Source of the DNA: an uncultured Geminicoccaceae bacterium | GTDB taxonomy: Bacteria; Pseudomonadota; Alphaproteobacteria; Geminicoccales; Geminicoccaceae | DNA: 64,000 bases | Direction: 5' to 3' | NCBI GenBank assembly: GCA_964504655.1 | Contig: CAZDFD010000003.1 | Coordinates: 11,979 to 75,978, forward strand | Part shown: positions 36,603 through 47,482 of the stretch, in pieces | How the letters are laid out: each line of letters starts with the position of its first letter | Numbering within the stretch: the first letter of the stretch is position 1 | Translations under genes and position numbers: made by a program | The notes under the pieces: model-generated | Databases searched by the model: none | Told to the model about the DNA's origin: nothing | The model's input: only the letters and a program-made list of their open reading frames with translations

Positions 36603-37331
36603 ATGGCCGGGCGGATCGTGGTCGTCGGCGGCACGGGCGGGATCGGCGCGGCGCTCGCCCGAAGGATCGCCGTGACCGGCCGCTCCCTGCACCTGGTGGC
36701 GCGCGAGGCGGGCCGGCTCTCGGCGCTCGCGGCCGAGCTCGACGCGAGCTTCGCCACCGCCGACGCGGCCGACCCCGCCGCGCTGCGGGCCGCGATCGAG
36801 GCCGCCTCCGGCCCTCTCTCGGGCCTCGTCTACGCGGTCGGCACGATCACGCTGAAGCCGCTGCCGCGCGTTTCGCCCGAGGACGCCGAGCGCGACTTCC
36901 GGGTGAACGCGCTCGGCGCGCTCGTGGCGGTGCAGGCCTCGCTGCCGGGCCTGCGCGCGCACGGGCCCGGGGCCTCGGTGGTGCTGTTCTCGACCGTGGC
37001 CGTGCAACGCGGCTTTCCGATGCACGCCTCGATCGCCATGGCCAAGGGCGCGGTCGAGGGCCTCACCCGCGCGCTCGCGGCCGAACTCGCCCCCGAGATC
37101 CGGGTCAACGCGATCGCCCCCTCCTTGACCCGCACACCCTTGGCCGCCGGCCTCACCAAGAACCCGCAGATGGCGGAATCGATCGCCCGCCAGCACCCCC
37201 TGCGGCGCCTGGGCGAGCCCGAGGACGCCGCCGCGCTCGCCGCCTTCCTCCTTTCACGCGATTCGGGCTGGATCACCGGCCAAGTGATCGCCCTCGACGG
37301 CGGCCGGGGCGCGCTCGAGGCCAAGGGCTGA
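36603..37331 (+). CDS. short-chain dehydrogenase/reductase (SDR)
   Basis: GGAGGGA RBS. Carries VVVGGTGGIGAAL and a C-terminal ITGQVIALDGG. Confidence 0.82.
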   Translation: MAGRIVVVGGTGGIGAALARRIAVTGRSLHLVAREAGRLSALAAELDASFATADAADPAALRAAIEAASGPLSGLVYAVGTITLKPLPRVSPEDAERDFRVNALGALVAVQASLPGLRAHGPGASVVLFSTVAVQRGFPMHASIAMAKGAVEGLTRALAAELAPEIRVNAIAPSLTRTPLAAGLTKNPQMAESIARQHPLRRLGEPEDAAALAAFLLSRDSGWITGQVIALDGGRGALEAKG

Positions 37332-37346
37332 GACGCGCCCCCGGGC

Positions 37347-38276
37347 TCACGGCACCTGGGCGCCCGTGACGTGGGTCCAGACCGCGTAGAGCGAGGTCGT
37401 GCCGCAGATGAAGAGCCGGTTGCGGCGCGGGCCGCCGAAGCAGAGGTTGGCCACGACCTCGGGCACCTTGATCTTGCCCAGGAGCCGGCCGTCCGGGTCG
37501 TAGCAGTGCACGCCGTCGCCGGCGCTGGTCCAGAGCCGCCCCTCGCTGTCGCAGCGAAAGCCGTCGAACACGCCCACTTCCGAGCTCACGAGCACCTCGC
37601 CGCCGACGAGGCGCCCGTCCTCCTGGACGAGGAAGCGGCGGATGTGCCGCGGCCCCTGCGGATCGTGGCTGATCCCGGTGTCGGCCACGTAGAGGACGCG
37701 CTCGTCGGGGGAGAAGCAGAGCCCGTTGGGGCGCTGCATCACCTCGACCACGGGAGTGAGACCGCCGCTGCGCGGGTCGAGGCGGAAGACGAAGCAGCCG
37801 CCATACTCCCGCTCGCCCTTCTCGCCCTCGAGCACCGTGTCGATGCCGTAGGCGGGATCGGTGAACCAGACCGTGCCGTCGGACTTGACCACGACGTCGT
37901 TGGGCGAGTTGAGGCGCTTCCCGTTCCAGCGTTCGGCCAGGACGGTGATGCGACCGTCCGGCTCGGTCCGCTCGACCCGCCGGTGCCGGTGGCTGCAGGA
38001 GACCAGCCGCCCCTCGCGGTCGCGGGTGTGGCCGTTGGTGTTGCCGGCGGGCTGGCGGAAGACCGAGACCTGCCCCTCGAGCCCGGTGACATCGGGCACG
38101 AAGCGCAGGATCCGGTCGTTGGGGATGTCGGAGAAGAGGAGCTGGTTGGCATCGGCGAACCAGACCGGGCCCTCGGCCCAGGCGGCCCCGCTCCAGAGGC
38201 GCACGAGCCGGGCGTTCATCGAGGCGAGGCGCTTGAAGCGCCAGTCGTGCACCTCGTACTCGCGGATCTGCTCCAA
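37347..38276 (-). CDS. SMP-30/gluconolactonase/LRE-family lactonase
   Basis: ORF 37347..38564 trimmed to TTG 38276 (GGGGAGG RBS). Carries AEGPVW, LLFSDIPNDRI, NSPNDVVV..DGTVWFTDP, PNGLCFSPDE and DGFRCD. Confidence 0.85.
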   Translation of the reverse strand: MEQIREYEVHDWRFKRLASMNARLVRLWSGAAWAEGPVWFADANQLLFSDIPNDRILRFVPDVTGLEGQVSVFRQPAGNTNGHTRDREGRLVSCSHRHRRVERTEPDGRITVLAERWNGKRLNSPNDVVVKSDGTVWFTDPAYGIDTVLEGEKGEREYGGCFVFRLDPRSGGLTPVVEVMQRPNGLCFSPDERVLYVADTGISHDPQGPRHIRRFLVQEDGRLVGGEVLVSSEVGVFDGFRCDSEGRLWTSAGDGVHCYDPDGRLLGKIKVPEVVANLCFGGPRRNRLFICGTTSLYAVWTHVTGAQVP

Positions 38277-38307
38277 GGCCGCCTCCCCGGCTTTCCCGGC
38301 CCCGGCC

Positions 38308-39078
38308 TTACCGGCCGTCGGATGGCCCCGCAAGCCGGGCCGCGCGCCGGGCGAGCGCCGCCCGTGGCCGGTCCGTGGTGAAGACCGAAAGCCCGAGGGC
38401 GAGCGCCTTGTCGATCTGATGGTCCTCGTGCGCCGCCCACGCCCCGACCTCGAGGCCGGCGGCGCGCAGGGCCGCCACCCAGGCGGCATCGAGATGGTCG
38501 ATGTGCAGGCCCACCTCGCCGACCTCGGCCTCCCGCGCCAATCGGGCCAGAGCCTCGGGCGCACCCAGGGTCGCCTGCACGAGGGGCGCCACGAGCCAGA
38601 GCCGCGAGGGCGCGCCGGCCCGGGCGGCGTCGGCTAGGACCGGCAACAGGAAGCTCGTGACCACCGTCCGCCCGAGCAGGGCCATGCCGCGGAGGCGGTC
38701 GACGAGCTCGGCCTCGATCCCGGGATACCGGGCGAAGGCGGCCCCGGGCTTGATCTCGACCCGAAGGTCGATCGAGGCCGGAGCCAGGACCTCGAGCACC
38801 TCCTCGAGCGTCGGCACGGTCTCCTCCGGCGCCTCGCGCAGGCGCACGGCGCGCAGGTCCGGAACGCGCCAGGCGTCGACCGGGCCGCTTGCGGTCGTGG
38901 TGCGCTCGAGGGTGGCGTCGTGCAGCACCACGAGGGCGCCGTCGGCCGAGCGGTGGACGTCGAACTCGACCTGCTCGACGCCGAGGCCGGCCGCGTAGCG
39001 GAAGGCGGCGAGGCTGTTCTCGACCGCTTCGCGGGCACCGCCGCGATGGGCGGCGATCGCCGGGCGAAGGGTGCTCAT
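38308..39078 (-). CDS. glycerophosphodiester phosphodiesterase family protein
   Basis: ATGA overlap with the upstream permease stop. Carries AAHRGGAREAVENSLAAF, VEFDVHRSADGALVVLHD and FTTDRP. Confidence 0.85.
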   Translation of the reverse strand: MSTLRPAIAAHRGGAREAVENSLAAFRYAAGLGVEQVEFDVHRSADGALVVLHDATLERTTTASGPVDAWRVPDLRAVRLREAPEETVPTLEEVLEVLAPASIDLRVEIKPGAAFARYPGIEAELVDRLRGMALLGRTVVTSFLLPVLADAARAGAPSRLWLVAPLVQATLGAPEALARLAREAEVGEVGLHIDHLDAAWVAALRAAGLEVGAWAAHEDHQIDKALALGLSVFTTDRPRAALARRAARLAGPSDGR

Positions 39079-39896
39079 CGGCCGATCTCCGGAGCGAAGC
39101 CGCGCACGAGCTGGCGTTCGGCCAGCACGAAGAGGAGGAGCGTGGGGGCCATGACCAGCACCGCCCCGGCCATCACCACGGGCCAGTTCACGTTGCCGTC
39201 GTCGATCGCCACGTCGTGGAGGGCCGCGAGGCCGACCTCGAGGGTGCGCATGTCGGGCGAGGTCGTGACCACGAGCGGCCAGAGAAAGCTCGTCCATTCG
39301 GCGAGGAACTGGAAGATGGCCATGGCGGCGATCGCCGGACGCGCGAGCGGCACCACGACCAGCCGGAGGATCTGCAAACGCCCGGCGCCGTCGACCAGCG
39401 CCGCATCGTCGAACTCGCGCGGGATGTTGCGGAACTGCTGGCGCAGGAAGAAGCACACGAACCCCGAAGCGAGCGACGGCAGGACGAGCGCCGGGTAGGA
39501 ATCGACCAGATCGAACGCCGCCATGGTCAGATAATTGGGGACGAGCGTGACGTGGCTCGGGATCAGGAGCGTGGCGACGATCGCGAGGAAGGCCAGGTCG
39601 CGGCCCTTGAACTCGAGCCGGGCGCAGGCGTAGGCGGCGAGGATCGCGGTCAGGAGCGAGCCCGCGGTCACGGCGCCCGCGACCAGGAGCGAGTTCAGGA
39701 GATAACGGTCGAAGGGAGCCGCCTCGAGCGCGCGGGCATAGTTGTCGAGGCGCAGCGGCCAGAGCGCGGGCTCGCGCGCGAGGAACGCATCCGGCGGCAT
39801 GAGGGAGACGAGAAGCGCGAGCAGGAAGGGCAGGCCCAGGAGCGAGGCCGCGGCGAGCGCCAGGAGGTCACCTCCCCGGACTACCGGCCGGCTCAC
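39075..39896 (-). CDS. carbohydrate-type ABC transporter permease (CUT1, UgpE/MalG-like)
   Basis: GTGA overlap with the preceding permease. The EAA loop reads DDAALVDGAGRLQILRLVVVPLARPA. Confidence 0.85.
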   Translation of the reverse strand: MSRPVVRGGDLLALAAASLLGLPFLLALLVSLMPPDAFLAREPALWPLRLDNYARALEAAPFDRYLLNSLLVAGAVTAGSLLTAILAAYACARLEFKGRDLAFLAIVATLLIPSHVTLVPNYLTMAAFDLVDSYPALVLPSLASGFVCFFLRQQFRNIPREFDDAALVDGAGRLQILRLVVVPLARPAIAAMAIFQFLAEWTSFLWPLVVTTSPDMRTLEVGLAALHDVAIDDGNVNWPVVMAGAVLVMAPTLLLFVLAERQLVRGFAPEIGR

Positions 39897-40822
39897 CGGT
39901 CGCCCCCGTAGTGGATGCGCCGGCCGAGCGTGCGGAACTGCAGCCAGGTGAAGGCCAGAAGGCCCAGGAACAGCAGCACGGCGAGCGCCGAGCCGCGCCC
40001 GATCTCGAAATAGACGAAGCTCGTGCGGTACAGGAGATGCACGAGGAGATCGGTGCTCCAGGCCGGGCCGCCGCGGGTCATGACGGCCACGAGCGTGAAG
40101 GTCTGGAAGCTGTCGATCACCATGACGCACAGGAGGAAGAAGGTGGTCGGCATCAACAGCGGCAGGGTGACGTGGCGCAGGCGGGCGAGCCGACCCGCCC
40201 CGTCGAGCGCCGCAGCCTCCTGGACTGCGCGCGGGATCGCGGCGAGCCCGGCCGTGAACACCACGACGTCGTAGCCGAGGTTCTTCCAGACGGCGACGAG
40301 CGCGAGCGAGACCAGGGCCAGATCGGTCGAGCTCAGCCAGGGCAGGCCCGCGCCGCCGAGCCCGCGCAGCAGCGCGTTGGCGAGGCCCACGTCGGCGTTG
40401 AGGATCCAGCTCCAGACGAGGGCGACCGCAACGCTGCTCGTGACGTAGGGGGCGAAGACGACCGCCCGGGCGAGCCGGCGGAGCGGCGTCGCCTCGACCA
40501 GGAGCTGGGCCAGGAGCAGCGCCACGCCCAGGCGCAGCGGCACGGTGAGCAGGGTGAACAGGAAGGTGCGCTCGAGGGCGTTGCGGAACTCGCCGCTCGC
40601 CAGGAGCTCGCCATAGTTGGCGAGCCCGACGAAGGGTCGCCCCGCCGCGAGGAAATCCCAGCGGTGGAAGGACAGCCAGAGCGACCAGAGGACGGGCCAG
40701 TAGACGAACAGGCCGAGGCACAGCAGCGCCGGGGCGAGGTAGAGCCAGGGTGCCAGCTCCCGGCCGAGCCGCGAGCGGGGCGGAGTGGCGACGGCGGGAC
40801 GTTCGAGGGCCAGGGTGGACAC
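39893..40822 (-). CDS. carbohydrate-type ABC transporter permease (CUT1, UgpA/MalF-like)
   Basis: 309 aa. The EAA loop reads QEAAALDGAGRLARLRHVTLPLLMP. Six TM segments. Confidence 0.85.
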   Translation of the reverse strand: MSTLALERPAVATPPRSRLGRELAPWLYLAPALLCLGLFVYWPVLWSLWLSFHRWDFLAAGRPFVGLANYGELLASGEFRNALERTFLFTLLTVPLRLGVALLLAQLLVEATPLRRLARAVVFAPYVTSSVAVALVWSWILNADVGLANALLRGLGGAGLPWLSSTDLALVSLALVAVWKNLGYDVVVFTAGLAAIPRAVQEAAALDGAGRLARLRHVTLPLLMPTTFFLLCVMVIDSFQTFTLVAVMTRGGPAWSTDLLVHLLYRTSFVYFEIGRGSALAVLLFLGLLAFTWLQFRTLGRRIHYGGDR

Positions 40823-40950
40823 GCGCGACCTCCGCGGCCTTCGTGCACGGCGGGCGATTGCAGAACCGTGACGGGACCTTCACCGGGTCGTCACCGTCGC
40901 AGGCCCTTCTGCGTCGGGGTCCCGCCCGCGTCCGGCTGGAGGATTCGCCC

Positions 40951-42231
40951 GTGCACCGCCGATCCCTGCTCTCCTCGATCGTCCCGAGCGCCGCGGTCGT
41001 CGCGGCGAGCCTCGTCCTCCCGCTCGCCCCGGCTCGGGCGGCCACGGAGGTGACCTTCTGGCATTCCTTCGCCTCGGGCGAAGGGGCCAAGGCGATCGCC
41101 GCCATGGTCGAGCGGTTCCACGCGGCCCAACCCGAGGTCCGCGTCAAGGCGGAGTTCGCCGGCAGCTACGGTGATCTCGTGACCAAGCTGCAGGCGGCGA
41201 TCCCGGCCAGGCGCCAGCCGCATCTCGTGATGCTCGAGATCACCCGCTACGGGCTGTTCGCCGAACGCGGGGCGCTCGCGCCGCTCGAGCCCTTCCTCGA
41301 GCGCGAGGGGACGAGCTTCACCGAGCAGATCCGCCCCTTCGCCCGCGAGGCCGCGTCCTACAAGGGCCGCTCCTTCGTCCTGCCGTTCAACGTCTCGACC
41401 CCGCTTCTCTATTACAATCGCGATCTGTTCGCCGCGGCCGGCCTCGACCCGGACAAGGCGCCCGCCACCTGGGACGAGCTCCTGGCCGCCGCCCGCAAGC
41501 TGCAGCGCACCGAGAACGGCCGGCCGGCCGTGTGGGGCATCAACCCGCCGCCCCAGTGGGTGCGCTGGGCGATGACCCATCAGGCGGGCGGCGGATGGGT
41601 CCTGCCGGACACCGACGAGGTGCTGATCGACCGGCCGGAGTCGGTCGAGGCCTACCGCACCGCCGCCTCCTGGGTGATCGAGCACGGTCTGGCGTCCAAG
41701 GACGCCGCGCTCGACGAGAAGGTGGCGGTGCAATATTTCCTCTCCGGGCAGGCGGCGATCCACTTCGATTCGACCGGCTCGCTCGGCAACCTCAAGCGGG
41801 ACGCCAAGTTCTCGGTCGGCGTGGCCCCCCTGCCCTGCAAGCTGCGCTGCGCCGCTCCGGTGGGCGGCGCGGTGATCGGGCTCCTGGCGGGCCATCCGCC
41901 GGCCGAGACCGAGGCCGCCTGGCGGTTCCTCGCGTTCATCAATCGCCCGGAGCAGAACGCCACGGTGTTCGCGCTCACGGGCTACCTCCCGGTGCTCGCC
42001 GCCACCCCGACCATGCCCGAGGCCAAGGCGCGGCTCGAGGGCGATCCCGCCTGGTCGGCCGCGATCAAGCAGCTCGATGTAGCCTTCGTGCGCGCCCGCC
42101 CGCCGGCCATGCCCGCGATCCGCGCCAAGGAGGAGCAGGTCTGGCAGGCGATCGTGCTCGGCAAGCAGTCCGCGGAGCAGGCCCTCGCCGAGTTCGCCCA
42201 GGAGATGCGGCGGCTTCTGGCCGGAAGCTGA
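40951..42231 (+). CDS. ABC transporter substrate-binding protein (CUT1 family)
   Basis: GTG 40951 with a GGAGGA RBS. Signal peptide ..LPLAPARAATEVTFWHSF. Typical family-1 SBP body. Confidence 0.85.
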   Translation: MHRRSLLSSIVPSAAVVAASLVLPLAPARAATEVTFWHSFASGEGAKAIAAMVERFHAAQPEVRVKAEFAGSYGDLVTKLQAAIPARRQPHLVMLEITRYGLFAERGALAPLEPFLEREGTSFTEQIRPFAREAASYKGRSFVLPFNVSTPLLYYNRDLFAAAGLDPDKAPATWDELLAAARKLQRTENGRPAVWGINPPPQWVRWAMTHQAGGGWVLPDTDEVLIDRPESVEAYRTAASWVIEHGLASKDAALDEKVAVQYFLSGQAAIHFDSTGSLGNLKRDAKFSVGVAPLPCKLRCAAPVGGAVIGLLAGHPPAETEAAWRFLAFINRPEQNATVFALTGYLPVLAATPTMPEAKARLEGDPAWSAAIKQLDVAFVRARPPAMPAIRAKEEQVWQAIVLGKQSAEQALAEFAQEMRRLLAGS

Positions 42232-42245
42232 CCCGGGCTCGGCGC

Positions 42246-42285
42246 CGCTCCCGGGGGGGGGGCGGGCGGCTTCGCCCGGGGAGCG
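42246..42285 (+). terminator. long GC hairpin after the binding-protein gene
   Basis: CGCTCCCGGG...CCCGGGGAGCG (about 10 bp with one bulge), 15 nt after the stop codon. No U-tract. Confidence 0.3.
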
Positions 42286-42333
42286 CGACGGGTCGGCTCG
42301 ACCCTGCTAGAATGCTCCTTGGAGGAGGAGCGC

Positions 42334-42891
42334 ATGGCCGAGCCTGCCCGTCGCCTGACGACCGTCGAGGAGTTCCTGGCCTTCGACGACGGCACCCAGA
42401 CCCGCTACGAGCTCGTGGGCGGCGAGCTCGTGGCGATGGCCGCGGCGAGCCCGGTGCACGGTATCGCGCTCGTCAACCTCGCCGCGATCGTTCGCTCGCA
42501 CCTGCCACCCGGTTGCCGCGCGATGAGCCAAGTGACCGTCCGGGTGAGCGCGACCGATGCCTTCGTGCCCGATCTGGTGGTGAGCTGTCGGCCCACGCCG
42601 GAGCCGCGCATCGTCGAGCAGCCCTCGCTCGTCGTCGAGATCCTTTCGCCCACGACGCGCAGCTTCGACCTCGGCGAGAAGGCCGACCGCTACAGCCAGC
42701 TGCCTTCCTGCCGCGAGATCTGGCTCGTGGACAGCACGCGGCCGTGGATGCGGCTCTGGCGACGGGCGGGTGAGCTCTGGACCGTCACGCTGCCGATCGT
42801 CGAGGGCGGCTTCACGAGCGAAGTCCTGGGCACCGAGATCGCGCTCGCCGAGCTCTACCGCGGCGTCGAGCCCGCGGCCGCGGAAGGCTGA
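42334..42891 (+). CDS. Uma2-family (DUF820) putative endonuclease
   Basis: ATG with a GGAGGAGG RBS. Carries [23 protein letters not shown] and VVEILSPTT...[20 protein letters not shown], a PD-(D/E)xK-like Uma2 pattern. Confidence 0.8.
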   Translation: MAEPARRLTTVEEFLAFDDGTQTRYELVGGELVAMAAASPVHGIALVNLAAIVRSHLPPGCRAMSQVTVRVSATDAFVPDLVVSCRPTPEPRIVEQPSLVVEILSPTTRSFDLGEKADRYSQLPSCREIWLVDSTRPWMRLWRRAGELWTVTLPIVEGGFTSEVLGTEIALAELYRGVEPAAAEG

Positions 42892-42965
42892 GCCGCGTCC
42901 GGTCGGGGTTCTCCCGCCCGCCGTCACCCCCTAGCCTGCGGGCCGCGGCGAGCGAGGGAGGACCG

Positions 42966-44690
<1,725 letters not shown>

Positions 44691-44770
44691 GCGCCGCGAC
44701 CGTTCGCGGGTTGTCTCCCCGGCCGGCGGTCGCCACAAGCTCGACCGAGGATGGGGGAAAGGGACCGAGC

Positions 44771-47482
44771 GTGGACGAGCGGGACGGGCGGTGCGCCGAG
44801 GAGCGGGCAGCGAGCTGGCACGCCGCCGAGCTAGAGGAATGCCTGCGCGCGCTCGGCAGCCGGCCGGAGGGGCTGAGCCCGGCGGAGGCCGAGGAGCGGC
44901 TCGCCCGCTTCGGCTTCAACCGGCTGCCCGAGCCGCCCCGCAAGGGGCCCTTGGTGCGGTTCCTCCTCCAGTTCCACAACCTCCTGATCTACGTGCTCCT
45001 GGTGGCGGCCGTCCTCTCGCTGCTCTTCGAGCATCCGGTCGACGCCGCGGTCATTCTGGGCGTCGTTCTGATCAACGCGGTCGTCGGGTTCGTCCAGGAG
45101 GGCAAAGCCGAGGCCGCGCTCGAGGCGATCCGCGGCATGGTCGACCCCAAGGCCTCGGTGCTGCGCGAGGGCCGGCGGCTCACCGTTCCGGCCGAGCGGG
45201 TGGTGCCGGGCGACGTCGTGCTCTTGGAAGCGGGCGATCGGGTACCGGCCGATCTGCGCTTGTTGCGCGCCAGGGGCCTCAGGATCGACGAGGCGATCCT
45301 GACCGGCGAGTCGGTCCCGGTCGACAAGAGCACGAACCCCGCGCCGCGGGAGGCGGCGCTCGGCGATCGACCCTGCATGGCGTTCTCCGGCACCTTCGTC
45401 GTCGCCGGGCAGGGCACGGGCGTGGTCGTTGCGACCGGTGCCGAGACCGAGCTCGGCAAGATCGGCAAGCTTCTGGGCCAGGTCGAGCGGCTCGAAACCC
45501 CGCTGTTGCGGCAGATGGCGGGCTTCGCCCGCACCCTCACGGTCGTGATCCTCGCGGTCTCCGCGGCCGCCTTTCCCTTCGCCTGGCTGGTCCAGGCCTA
45601 TCCGCTCGACCTTTCCTTCATGACGGTCGTCGGGCTCGCCGTCGCCGCCATCCCCGAGGGCCTGCCGGCGGTCATGACGATCACGCTCGCCATCGGCGTG
45701 CAGCGCATGGCCCGCCGCAACGCCATCATCCGCCGCCTGCCGGCGGTCGAGACCTTGGGCTCGGTCTCGGTCATCTGCTCGGACAAGACCGGCACGCTCA
45801 CCCGCAACGAGATGACCGTGCAGACGGTCCGCACCGCGTCGGCGCTCGCCCGCGTCTCCGGCAGCGGCTACGCCGCCGAGGGCGCGTTCTCGTCCGACGG
45901 TGCGCGGATCGACCCGCTCGCCGACCCGGTGCTGGCCGAGCTGATCGAGGGCGGCCTGCTCTGCAACGACGCCGAGGTCCGGCACGGCGAGGCTGGCTGG
46001 CTCGTCGACGGCGATCCGATGGAAGGCGCGCTCGTCACGCTCGCGATGAAGGCCGGTCTCGACCCGGCGACCGTGCGCAGGGACCTGGTGCGGCTCGACG
46101 AGATCCCCTTCGACAGCCGTCACCGGTTCATGGCGACACTGCACCGGAGCCCGGACGGCCACCGCTTCGTGATCGTCAAGGGCGCGCCCGAACGACTGCT
46201 CGAGATGTGCCGGACCGAGCGGACGACCGAAGGCGAGCGGCCCGTGGATGCCGCCTTCTGGCGGGCGGCGGCCGAGGAGCTGGCCGGCCGCGGTCAGCGG
46301 GTGCTGGCGCTCGCCCGCGCGCCGGCACCACCCGGCGACCGGCCGCTCGAGCCCCGGGACGTCGAGGGTGGCTGCGTGCTCGTGGGCCTCGTGGGCCTGA
46401 TCGACCCGCCGCGCGAGGAAGCGGTGGCGGCGGTCGCCGAATGCCACACGGCCGGCATCCGGGTCGTCATGATCACCGGCGACCACGCCACGACCGCCAA
46501 GGAGATCGCCCGCCAGCTCGGCATCGCCCGCGAGCCGTCGGTCGCGACCGGCAACGAGCTCGACGCGCTCGACGCCGAAGGCTTCCGGCGGGCCGCCCGG
46601 GAGGTCCACGTCTTCGCCCGCACCACCCCCGAGCACAAGCTGCGTCTGGTCGAGGCGCTGCAGGCGGATGGGCGGATCGTCGCCATGACCGGCGACGGGG
46701 TCAACGACGCGCCGGCCCTCAAGCGCGCCGACGTCGGTGTGGCGATGGGGATGAAGGGGACCGAGGCCGCCAAGGAGGCGGCCCAGATGGTGCTCGCGGA
46801 CGACAACTTCGCCTCGATCGTGGCGGCCGTGCGTGAGGGCCGCACGGTCTACGACAACCTCATGAAGGTCATCGGCTGGACTCTGCCCACCAACGGCGGC
46901 GAGGCCCTGACGATCCTGGCGGCGCTCGCCCTGGGCCTGGCCCTGCCCGTGACCCCGGTGCAGATCCTCTGGATCAACATGGTGACCGCGGTGGCGCTCG
47001 GCCTCACCCTGGCCTTCGAGCCGACCGAGCCCGGCACCATGCGCCGGCCGCCGCGGCCGGCCGACCGGCCGATCCTCTCGGGCGAGCTCGTCTGGCGCAT
47101 CCTCTTCGTCTCGGTGCTGTTCGTCTGCGGCGCCTTCGGCGTGTTCTACTGGGCCGACCTGCGCGGCGAGACGATCGAGGAGGCGCGGACCCTGGTCGTC
47201 AACACGATCGTCGTCATGGAGATCTTCTATCTCTTCAGCGTCCGCTACGTGCACGGCACCTCGCTCACCGTCGAGGGGCTCGTCGGCACGCCGGCGGTGC
47301 TGATCGGGGTGAGCGTGACCGTGCTCGCCCAGCTCGCCCTCACCTACCTCCCCTGGATGCAGTCCCTGTTCCAGACCCGCCCGGTCGGCCTGCTCGACGG
47401 GATCGTCGTGCTGGCGGTGGGTGTGGCCCTCCTGGTGCTCTGCGAGCTCGAGAAGCGGCTCCGCGCCCGGCTCCAGGGCTAG
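44771..47482 (+). CDS. cation-transporting P-type ATPase (type II, Ca/Mg-like)
   Basis: In-frame GTG 44771 within shadow ORF 43085..47482. Carries TGES, CSDKTGTLT, MITGD and TGDGVNDAPALKRADVGVAMG, with 10 TM segments. Confidence 0.9.
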   Translation: MDERDGRCAEERAASWHAAELEECLRALGSRPEGLSPAEAEERLARFGFNRLPEPPRKGPLVRFLLQFHNLLIYVLLVAAVLSLLFEHPVDAAVILGVVLINAVVGFVQEGKAEAALEAIRGMVDPKASVLREGRRLTVPAERVVPGDVVLLEAGDRVPADLRLLRARGLRIDEAILTGESVPVDKSTNPAPREAALGDRPCMAFSGTFVVAGQGTGVVVATGAETELGKIGKLLGQVERLETPLLRQMAGFARTLTVVILAVSAAAFPFAWLVQAYPLDLSFMTVVGLAVAAIPEGLPAVMTITLAIGVQRMARRNAIIRRLPAVETLGSVSVICSDKTGTLTRNEMTVQTVRTASALARVSGSGYAAEGAFSSDGARIDPLADPVLAELIEGGLLCNDAEVRHGEAGWLVDGDPMEGALVTLAMKAGLDPATVRRDLVRLDEIPFDSRHRFMATLHRSPDGHRFVIVKGAPERLLEMCRTERTTEGERPVDAAFWRAAAEELAGRGQRVLALARAPAPPGDRPLEPRDVEGGCVLVGLVGLIDPPREEAVAAVAECHTAGIRVVMITGDHATTAKEIARQLGIAREPSVATGNELDALDAEGFRRAAREVHVFARTTPEHKLRLVEALQADGRIVAMTGDGVNDAPALKRADVGVAMGMKGTEAAKEAAQMVLADDNFASIVAAVREGRTVYDNLMKVIGWTLPTNGGEALTILAALALGLALPVTPVQILWINMVTAVALGLTLAFEPTEPGTMRRPPRPADRPILSGELVWRILFVSVLFVCGAFGVFYWADLRGETIEEARTLVVNTIVVMEIFYLFSVRYVHGTSLTVEGLVGTPAVLIGVSVTVLAQLALTYLPWMQSLFQTRPVGLLDGIVVLAVGVALLVLCELEKRLRARLQG

